From assembly GCA_028023455.1 (NCBI GenBank), contig JAQFVV010000001.1:29760001-29824000 (forward strand): a stretch of 64,000 bases of DNA. The letters are read 5' to 3'. A program made the position numbers and the translations under genes. The stretch comes from Epiperipatus broadwayi. Taxonomy: Eukaryota > Animalia > Onychophora. The first letter of the stretch is position 1, and each line of letters opens with the position of its first letter. This document shows positions 1-9,987 of this stretch, one piece after another. The notes under the pieces were generated by a model. The model did no database searches. It was not told the origin of the DNA and saw only the letters and a program-made list of their open reading frames with translations.

Positions 1-349
1 GCAAATACTGTGTCATATACATATATAAATAAATTTTAAACATGTATTTTTATATGATTCAAATATGTCTAGAAATTATACCGCATGTCTGTGTGCAGAT
101 ATGTTTTATATTGGCACATATATGTAAAACACAATGTAATAACGAATTTTGTATATTAATCAAAATCAGAAGGCTTATATGTGTATAGCTGTATTCTAGA
201 GACCTTAATATCATTTTTTTTGTTAATAAGCTTGTATTCCATTGTTAAAATTATTCCAGTGACTTAATTCTAAATGGTTTTTAGATTACATGTTGCATCA
301 TCTCTTGTTCACAATAACAGTTATAGAACTTGTGTTCTCTGAGCTAGAT

Positions 350-950
350 TTATACATATATGGGTATCTAGTGATGATGATGATATCCTGGTTGGCATGA
401 AGAACTTAAAGTCCCATGCACTATATTTTTTTTTAGTTTAGGATTTATAATAATTTAAATTTAGTGGTCAATACATCAATGGTACTAAATGGCCAGAGCA
501 CTGATGATGATCATCATGTTTTAATACCCTAGCATTATAGTTTTTATGGTTGTATATTCTATGGATTAACATTTAAGTTTGTGCATCCAAATTAATGTTT
601 AAATAATTGCCCCAAGCTGGCAAAGTCTAAATAGTTGGCCTAGTCTACAGTAGATCCATTTCAAATCCAGTCACCAGATTGACTGTTGATTTATTTTATT
701 GATCATTCATGATAATGAATGATTATTATTTATTTGTAATGTTAGTGAACTTAATTATATTTATAGTTACTTTACTGAGTTAACTGGGCTGATCTCTCAG
801 AGTGATCTCAGTGATCTGCCATGCTCATTATTTAAATAATTACTTTATATCATTACTTTATATTTTATATTAAATTTCATTATGAGATGTTTTGTTATTT
901 TGAGGATGACTGCCACCACCCCATCCCATTATTATATATATATATAAAAG
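350..950. repeat. Dispersed LTR-like repeat family, copy 1
   Basis: Shares colinear blocks (tcctggttggca, ggtactaaatggccagagca, aaataattgcccaagctggcaa, terminal gccaccacccc...tatata) with about 44720-45460 and more distantly with about 26450-26957. Boundaries approximate; no TSD found. Confidence 0.7.
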
Positions 951-1189
951 ACACAATTCATCTTAAATTTTCAGCTGAAAAAAGAAGGAATATGAAAATA
1001 TTTCAAAACAATCCATTAAAGGGAGTTCAATGTCTAAGGTTCTGTAAAATGGTATAAAAAAAATTAATAATGATATAAAAAAATATGAGAATTGACAAAG
1101 AAAGTTATAGAAGAGAATAAGTTTCAAAAAAATAAAATAACATTTTAGTATTGAAATAAAATTTATTTCAGCAATTAAAAGAAAAGATG

Positions 1190-1560
1190 AAATTATTGTT
1201 ATAAATAGGGATATCATGAAATGTGTGGAAGAATTGTTCAAAGAATTATAAACTAATAAAAAACAAGAAATAAAGAAACAATTACAATTATGTCTTCTGA
1301 ATTAAATTGTATTTTAAATAGAAGACATTCAATTAAATCTATGAAGAAGAGAGAAACACCAGGAAGTAATGAAATTATTAGTGATAACTTAAAAGAAACA
1401 CACAAATAGAAAATTGGTTACAAAACTATATACCAAATGTTTAAATGATAAAGATGGACCAGATAATTGGAGATATTTTAAAAAAATATTAAAAATGCTA
1501 GAAATTACAAATCTAACAGTCTTCTACACAAAACTATTATCAAAATTATTATAATTCATT
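1190..1560 (+). mobile_element. Degenerate non-LTR (RTE-like) reverse transcriptase remnant
   Basis: Broken frames give NRDIMKCVEELFKELY, KSMKKRETPGSNEIISDNLK and KCLNDKDGPDNWR, resembling LINE RT N-terminal motifs (K.PG.D.I..E.LK). Multiple stops. Confidence 0.55.
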
Positions 1561-1934
1561 TGTTTCACATCAAAATTTCCATATGTGAAACTCATTAACT
1601 ATTGACTTTAATCTGGTAAATTCTTGGAAATGTCTCTCAATTTTACAATGAAGAGTTATTATTTCCTCATAATATTTATCTTTGACAAATGTACATCATT
1701 TTTTTTTTTTTTTTACAATTTATCAGAAACATTTTTGAAATATTTCAATTCAATCTTCATCACTAGACAGAAAACAACATTAACTTATTTTTAAAAATAT
1801 TAAAATATCCAAACATTTCAGTTATTGTTTTGTTTCTTTGTAGAAACTGTAAATTCAATTGATTACTATGGTTAATTATGCTGATAATGAAACTAAATCC
1901 ACCAATCATCATTGTCACTAAGTTTAATATACAC

Positions 1935-2300
1935 TTGATTTTAAAAAAATATTTTACCTCTTCTAATAGATTCTTGAATCTTTGTAGAAATATTCCTCAA
2001 TTTAACCAACTAACAACATCTGCATAATACAGCAATTTACCATACTTAGATTCATTTTCTAGTTGAGCCTGAAACATTCTTATCTGAAGTCTTTTAGCTC
2101 AAACAGAGTTCATAATTATCATGCAGATTATTATAATGTGACACAAATTTAATATTTTACAACAGAGGGCCTGCTGGTAAATAATGCTATGATATGAAAG
2201 GAAATCATCATCTCTGGTATATGTAAAAGTCCACTGATTACTCTGGTCATGGATGATGCATTATCAATTGTTATTGATGCAACTTCATAAATTTGATTTT
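1935..2300 (-). mobile_element. hAT transposase remnant (SPIN/Charlie/GTF2IRD2-like)
   Basis: Minus-strand translation across a frameshift and stops gives VASITIDNASSM...IIYQQALCCKILNL...ESKYGKLLYYADVVSWLN*GIFLQRFKNLLEEVKYFL. This matches the hAT motifs TTDGA.SM, HCIIHQ.AL and YG.LL....VRWL.RG. Confidence 0.75.
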
Positions 2301-2813
2301 TTCACCCCTCGTATATTTTTTAAAATGCAGAAAAATATCTCCATCTTGTGTTTTATTGTTAAAAATAATATTAATTTTTTTTTGACATTTATATCCTTAA
2401 AACCTGTTCTAAAAATATAAATTTGGGAATAACAAATACATCGGAAGATTCATCAAACTGTAAGGAAAAACAAATACAATTAGTCATGTCTGGTTAATTT
2501 GGTTAGTTGTTCAACCAGATCAGAATTTATAATTTCTATACAGCTTGTGACAATTCACAAAAATGTTGTATTCTTTAATTGTTAAAATAATTAATTTTTT
2601 GTTCTTGAATGAATAAAATAATGAATAACAGAATTCTAAAAATGCTTTATCATTTCTCCATTTGCAAAATATTTCTATATATTTTGTTAATACATACATA
2701 ACTCATACAAAATGATGGAAGTAATATAATTTTCTACTTCTTCTTTTCCTAAGTATTGATTTCTATTATATCATACCATTTACACCTTTTTAGACACTTT
2801 ATCAATACTTTTA

Positions 2814-2868
2814 TTTGTATTAAACTAACAGTTTCGACTGTCCTGCAGTCATCATCAGAGCTACAATA
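2814..2868 (-). ncRNA. Penelope-type minimal hammerhead ribozyme motif, possibly degenerate
   Basis: Minus strand reads CTGATGA-T-GACTG-cagga-CAGTC-GAAAC-T-GTT-AG-TT: conserved core, perfect 5-bp stem II, short stem III. Stem I is imperfect. Confidence 0.55.
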
Positions 2869-3975
2869 TTCAAATATATAATTATACAATTATTACACTT
2901 ATCCACATATTGATATACATAATTAAATACACAATATAAACAAAAATAATTATACATTTTAATGTTTTACCTTTTAAATAATTTTATCAACATTTTATAT
3001 TAATTTATTTTATATCACTTTATTTTATTTTTTAAAAATATTATTTAATATAATAATTATAACTTTAACATTTATTTTACTATTTAATGTATATTATTAT
3101 CATTTTTCTTATATTATAATTATATATTTGAATATCAAAACTGTTAATTTAATACAAATAAAAGTATTGATAAAGTGTCTAAAAAGGTATGATATATACA
3201 AAATAATGAAACTATTGTGGCTTTAGATTTAATAAAATATAATTAAATTTTTTTAAGTTTTATTTATGTAATTCATTTTTAATGGAAAATCTTTATCAAA
3301 AACATGCATGAAAATGTCTTTCAACCTTTCCTTTTTTATAAGTAGCCACTTGCATGGCATATATAACATATATCTTGCATTTAACAATGTAAAAAAAAAA
3401 CCCTGTTCTTCCTATTCTATACTGAAATTGTAGATCTTTCTTCTCTTTGAAGTTGTTTCAGACATTACACAACTCCTTTAAAATATGATAAAGTACTAAT
3501 TTTTCACAAAAAAATAATTAAAATCTGTGCACCTGTTACAATAAAAATTACAGTTAGCAGCTTTGTGTCTAAAAAAATGTACTCGATGCTTCCAGTTATG
3601 CCTTTGCATTGTGTAAATATGTATCTCAAATGAAAGCAGTTGTGTCATACAACCCAATCACCAGTAAGTATCTGACTACACACAGCCTCAATTCTAAAGA
3701 TCTGATTCCCTCATTTGTAGTGAGAATAATGTATTTCTTTTATATTATAATGGTCGACGCAAGCTCACAACCCCCTATCTGCCATGCCAGGGTGCCACTA
3801 GGCTATTCGAACTTAGAAAATTTATAAAAGCAGCAGATACATACGGGTGAGGTTCAACTTTTATCTAACCGAAAGCCCCAGTCACTAGCTCATGGAGAAG
3901 CTGAGCTTAAAATATCATTCTGTATATTTAAAATTTCTAATTCTTAATTTTAAAATATTATTACTAAAATATATA

Positions 3976-4188
3976 AGTTACTGCTAAAATTACTTCAAAA
4001 AACATTTTACTGCACACACACATTAATATAAATTCTGGAAATTAAATTTATTAAATATACTTGATTTAAATTATATGTACAGTTACTGCTAAAATTAATT
4101 CAAAAAACATTTTACTGTGCACACACACATTAATATAAAATTCTGGAAATTAAATTTATTAAATATACTTGATTTAAATTATATGTAC
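3976..4188. repeat. Tandem duplication, about 105-bp unit x2
   Basis: agttactgctaaaatt...ttaaattatatgtac starts at both 3976 and 4081 with few differences. Confidence 0.9.
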
Positions 4189-5616
4189 AGATGGGTACAT
4201 TCAATACATTTAATACAATTTTAATATTTTGCTAAGCGTAAATACACTGCATAGAATATGGATTTAACTAACCCAATTCTTATAAATCTAGGCTAAAAGT
4301 TTGCATCCAAACCAACATTAGCTTACCAATGCAAAATGAGAATGTTAGCATAACACAATTATGCTGACAGGAATTTATATCTGTAGCATAATATCATCAG
4401 AGAAATAATGAATCATGGTGGAAAGGAATGCACATCTTCCCCATAATCATTAACAAATTTCACCAACAGACAGGAACTATCCATTGCCCAATTGGTGATA
4501 CGAAACAAAATCATTTGAAATATATATAAAAGAGATGCTCTATAAATGGGGATAGCGGTCTTTGCCGACTTACTGCCCCAATCAGAGTGTACGAAAATCA
4601 ATGGTGTAGGAAATATGTCTATGACCATTGGCTATGCAAGGGCTGCCATTTTGGGCCATGCATTCAGGTGGTTATTATGCCCTGTATGCTAGCGCAATTC
4701 AAGGAAACAAGTATCCAATGTGTCTACCCAGATTACATTGACATAAAACATCCGTAAATCTTTCCACCAGCACCGATTCAAGGTATGAAACAATTAGCCC
4801 AAAATTAACGAACTATATACCTGTTTTAAAGTTATTAATTTAAATGAAATTAATGTGAATGGAAATGATTGCAAACATATATATATAAAACATATAATAA
4901 ATAATTTAAAACTTTACTTCGACAGATAAGAAATTTCTTTAAAAATTAAGTGACGTTTAAAATTACCACTTGAAAAAGATATTATATAATTAAAATTTAT
5001 ATTTCATATAAAGCAAAAGTTCATACTTTCCAATGTTATAGGTTTATTGAAGTCCGTCTATATGATTCTTAAAACAATACACAACTCCATTCGAAAGTCC
5101 TTCCATCTCATATTAATATTGTTCTTGGAAAGACAAGTCTGTTGTTTGCTACTTTCTGGGAACCATCATTCTGGAAACCACCTCAGCTGGTGCAAATACG
5201 GGAAACAATTTATTGTGTGACCCCTATATTTTGGAGATCCACAATACATGTATAAAATATGTTTAAATAATATGCAATCAGCAAGAGCAATCCAAATCTA
5301 GCAAAAGTTTTCTTTTTATATCATTTTGAATTTCTTATTATCAAATTCCAAGATCCATCTTTCCGGGCTTGGGGCTGTTCTTATTTTTGATGATGATTTT
5401 TTCTCTGTGGATTGTCTATTCATTCACATCGTTATGGGCCAGCTTTCTTTAGAACAAGAACTCAAAATTTTATCACTAGTATTTTTTAATTGATCTCTTA
5501 TCTAACTTATAATCGGTTAAAGGTCCAAGGGCCTGTTTGCTATTTAGAAAATCATTTTCATTCTAAGATTAAATTAACAGTTTATTTATTTTATTCTTAT
5601 AAAAAAAAATAATAAT

Positions 5617-5970
5617 AATAATAAAAATTTTATTTAAATTAATATATAGAATGTACAGATGACACACTAATTATATAATTATTTAAAGTTAAAAATTTAA
5701 AAAACAAAATTGTTTTTATGGTGTTACATCATTTTCAAATAAAAGTGGAAAAGATCCATAAATAAAATCACCCTCAAATAGAAATATATAAAAAAAAATA
5801 ATAAAAATTTTATTTAAATTAATATATAGAATGTACAGATGACACACTAATTATATAATTATTTAAAGTTAAAAATTTAAAAAACAAAATTGTTTTTAAT
5901 AATTTCTATTTGAGGGTGATTTTATTTATGGATCTTTTCCACTTTTATTTGAAAATGATGTAACACCATA
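5617..5970. repeat. A-B-A-B' structure: ~100-bp direct repeat plus 69-bp inverted repeat
   Basis: A at about 5617-5717 and about 5797-5898. B at 5717-5785 has its exact reverse complement at 5902-5970. Confidence 0.9.
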
Positions 5971-8138
5971 TATGTATCACATTACAATATCAATTACCAT
6001 TATTTTTCTTAATTCAAGTAGTAACTCCAAAGTTTCTTGGTGATCCACTGTGGATTGAAATCAATGACTTGCTACCCTGATCTAGCTTTTGGTAACAATA
6101 TCACAAATTGACTAAAAGTTATGAATGTATTTGATTGCAAACTACAAGAATTATTGATGGTAGTTGAATCTGCGAAAAAATTGAATACTTTAAATAACCA
6201 GCACAATCAAAAATAAATAACAGAAAAGGCTGTAGTAATTGTTAGAAAAAGCTGCCAAAATTAAGATATTTTAAAGGTGCTAAACAGAAATTACAAAAGG
6301 TATTCTGAAAAAATAAAAAAACAATATCAAAAACAAAATTTACTGTGGCATTGGAAAAGCAAATAAGATCTTGAAAAAAAAAAAAAAAACAGCTATACTT
6401 TAGATTTGTAATATCAAAAGAAAATTCCAGCCAAGACATTTATGGAAAAATGCCAATGAATAGATTATAACAAATAAAAAAAAATTAAATATACAGGAAA
6501 CTAAACGACAAAGGTATGATTACTGAAAATGTCAGCATTATAGACACAAAAATTCAAATATTTTTCCTTATAAGGATAAAAAATTTTAATGCCATTTCAG
6601 CTGGACTACATTATTTTATAATTTAAGATTGGATATTTCAAATTCAATGCCAAAATCATCTTTACTTAAGTAAGTCCTTATGAATTTTTGATTTAAAACA
6701 TTATGCTTTCTCTTTATCTAGTAATAAAAATTTATTTATCATTTATAATATTACAATCACAATATCAGGAATATACTGCAATCTCATATATATATATGCT
6801 AAAGAAAACTCTATTTTTCTAAAATCTAATAAAAAATATGTTAGGACTTGTTTATTAGAAGTTACTTTTGTCATTATCTAGGCCAATCATTAATATCAAT
6901 ATTTATTATAATATTTATTACAATAGATAATTATATTTATTTATCAAATGATAATATTTTCACTCTCACAAACTCTTGTTCTCAATTTTAAAGTTGGGTG
7001 AAATCATTGCCAGATAAATGAGACCCTAAATTACACTCATTCCATTCTATATATTTCCAAATCAAAAATATATCATTTTTGTAAATACATCAAAGTTTAC
7101 TATTCCATGATGAGAAAAAAAAAAAAAAGCAATATAATAAAAACATGAAGATTATAGTTTAGTATGTAAGGCAAAATAAAAAATATATATATTGGATATT
7201 TTAAACCTTGTATCCACTCCCAACACACATTGATAATATAAAATTTAAAAAAGAGAATGTTTAAACTAGAACAATTCTTGATTGATTAATAAAACATTAA
7301 AATAATTGTTTTGAATTAATTTTAAATATTGATTAAAATTTGTTTAACCGGTATTCTGTTTTTACTCCTATAAATGTCAAGAATTGCTATTTCTTAATTA
7401 CTTTTCACTCTAATTTTAAAACAACTTCCTAATTAGAATACAAAATGCTATATATATATAAAATCAATATATTAATTTGGGAAAAGATCAGACTCTGATA
7501 GATCCCCCCCCCCCCACAATAAAAAACTTATGACAGAAATTCATGGTAATAGTATATATTTCATTTGTTTTTAAACAGATCTTTCTAATATATCTTACAA
7601 TTTATCTTTAAACCTACAATAGATAATTATTCTTTTTTCAAATATTTATTTGATAATCAATTATAAGAATTACCAAATGATCCTAACAATAAATAACTTT
7701 ATCAAAAAATTTTATGTGATTTTTTTAAATTAAAAGCCAGAATTTTAATTAATGATTTCATCATAACATATTGATTTTATTTAAAGTTATATGTTTAACT
7801 TACATAAGCAGCTCACTCACCAACATATTTCATTTTATCTATAACATTAATATATATATGTGAAGGTTTGTTTGTTTATTATTACCTTATAACTGACAAA
7901 TATTGCAGTAATCTTAATGAATCTTGCACAATTTTCTTTCTTTTTTGTGGAGAATTACTTAAAAAACTTTAATAGTAATAATAACAAGTCAGATGTCACA
8001 TGACTTATATATAGCTTGCACTTACAAATATGTAAAATTAAGAGCATGCTAATAGCTCTAAACAAGCTTTTTTTTTTTTTTTATTTATGATAAATGCTAC
8101 TACAAGAGAAGGCATTCAAATCATTTTTAACTTGGATT

Positions 8139-8194
8139 GTCCCCATCCCCAGACTGGTTTCGACCTATGGGTCTCTTCAGTGAGGAGTTGGGAC
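8139..8194 (-). ncRNA. Type I hammerhead ribozyme, copy 1 (stem III loop variant ACCAGT)
   Basis: Minus strand: gtcccaactcctca CTGAAGA GACC cata GGTC GAAA C ca G TC tggggatggggac. Predicted cut after position 8152. Confidence 0.8.
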
Positions 8195-8566
8195 ATTAGA
8201 TCTAAAAAACCAACTCAAGCAAAGCATTTATCTAAAAGATAATTGTTAGAAGAAGATCTGAAACTTTTAGACATCTACATGTCTTTAAAGTCAGCTCTCC
8301 AATTCAAAAAATCATATGGGCCTGAACTTAATTCAGATACTCCATATATTAGTAGGCTTAGCTCTTTAATTTAGCTAAAGCCACAACAGCAAAATAATAA
8401 TAGCAATAATAACAAGTCAGATGTCACATGACTTATATATAGCTTGCACTTACAAATATGTAAAATTAAGAGCGTGCTAATAGCTCTAAACAAGCTTTTT
8501 TTTTATATTTATTTATGATAAATGCTACTACAAGAGAAGGCATTCAAATCATTTTTATCTTGGATT

Positions 8567-8622
8567 GTCCCCATCCCCAGACCGGTTTCGACCTATGGGT
8601 CTCTTCAGTGAGGAGTTGGGAC
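8567..8622 (-). ncRNA. Type I hammerhead ribozyme, copy 2
   Basis: Intact core CUGAAGA...GAAA, stem II GACC/GGUC, palindromic stem III ACCGGU, GUC cleavage triplet (C17 = 8580), stem I UCCUCA/UGGGGA. Confidence 0.88.
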
Positions 8623-8860
8623 ATTAGATCTAAAAAACCAACTCAAGCAAAGCATTTATCTAAAAGATAATTGTTAGAAGAAGATCTGAAACTTTTAGAC
8701 ATCTACATGTCTTTAAAGTCAGCTCTCCAACTGAAAAAATCATATGGGCCTGAACTTAATTCAGATACTCCATATATTAGTAGGCTTAGCTCTTTAATTT
8801 AGCTAAAGCCACAACAGCAAAATAATAATAAATTTTTATTAAACGCTCACTATTATTTCA

Positions 8861-9017
8861 GTAATAGTTTTAACAAGGCTGTAAACCTTAGCAATGAGCG
8901 TCTGAAAAAATCGTCACTAGGGACCTCTGCATGTGTTTTAAAGACCTACAGAGGTCCCTAGTGACGATTTTTTCAGACGCTCATTGCTAAGGTTTACAGC
9001 CTTGTTAAAACTATTAC
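8861..9017. repeat. Perfect 69-bp inverted repeat with 19-nt loop
   Basis: 8861-8929 is the exact reverse complement of 8949-9017. It sits between hammerhead units 2 and 3. Confidence 0.95.
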
Positions 9018-9190
9018 CAAAATAATAATAGTAATAATAACAAGTCAGATGTCACATGACTTATATATAGCTTGCACTTACAAATATGTAAAATTAAGAG
9101 CGTGCTAATAGCTCTAAACAAGCTTTTTTTTTTTATTTATGATAAATGCTACTACAAGAGAAGGCATTCAAATCATTTTTATCTTGGATT

Positions 9191-9246
9191 GTCCCCATCC
9201 CCAGACCGGTTTCGACCTATGGGTCTCTTCAGTGAGGAGTTGGGAC
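9191..9246 (-). ncRNA. Type I hammerhead ribozyme, copy 3
   Basis: Same sequence as copy 2; C17 = 9204. Confidence 0.88.
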
Positions 9247-9488
9247 ATTAGATCTAAAAAACCAACTCAAGCAAAGCATTTATCTAAAAGATAATTGTTA
9301 GAAAGCCACAACAGCAAAATAATAATAGTAATAATAACAAGTCAGATGTCACATGACTTATATATAGCTTGCACTTACAAATATGTAAAATTAAGAGTGT
9401 GCTAATAGCTCTAAACAAGCTTTTTTTTTTTTATTTATGATAAATGCTACTACAAGAGAAGGCATTCAAATCATTTTTATCTTGGATT

Positions 9489-9540
9489 GTCCCCATCCCC
9501 AGACCGGTTTCGACCTATGGGTCTCTTCAGTGAGGAGTTG
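9489..9540 (-). ncRNA. Type I hammerhead ribozyme, copy 4, truncated at the inversion junction
   Basis: Core and proximal stem I are intact. The distal gtcc is lost where the sequence flips to the opposite strand at 9540. C17 = 9502. Confidence 0.8.
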
Positions 9541-9931
9541 AAACCGGTCTGGGGATGGGGACAATCCAAGATAAAAATGATTTGAATGCCTTCTCTTGTA
9601 GTAGCATTTATCATAAATAAAAAAAAAAAAGCTTGTTTAGAGCTATTAGCACGCTCTTAATTTTACATATTTGTAAGTGCAAGCTATATAAAAGTCATGT
9701 GACATCTGACTTGTTATTATTACTATTATTATTTTGCTGTTGTGGCTTTAGCTAAATTAAAGAGCTAAGCCTACTAATATATGGAGTATCTGAATTAAGT
9801 TCAGGCCCATATGATTTTTTCAGTTGGAGAGCTGACTTTAAAGACATGTAGATGTCTAAAAGTTTCAGATCTTCTTCTAACAATTATCTTTTAGATAAAT
9901 GCTTTGCTTGAGTTAGTTTTTTAGATCTAAT

Positions 9932-9987
9932 GTCCCAACTCCTCACTGAAGAGACCCATAGGTCGAAACCGGTCTGGGGATGGGGAC
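9932..9987 (+). ncRNA. Type I hammerhead ribozyme, copy 5 (inverted unit)
   Basis: CTGAAGA 9946-9952, GACC-cata-GGTC 9953-9964, GAAA 9965-9968, CCGGTC 9969-9974 (cut after 9974), stem I arms on both sides. Confidence 0.88.

Noticed and set aside
963-1241. 92-aa minus-strand ORF rich in F/I/L
   Set aside because: Antisense shadow of A-rich LINE debris on the + strand; low-complexity composition.
2290-2312. TACGAGGGGTG resembling a mariner TIR start (minus strand)
   Set aside because: No partner TIR seen, and the adjacent coding remnant is hAT-like.
6030-6115. LDQGSKSLIS resembling the SLD5 terminal exon motif LEKGSQHLIR
   Set aside because: Wrong frame relative to the nearest acceptor, which gives QFVILLPKARSG*, and no downstream similarity.
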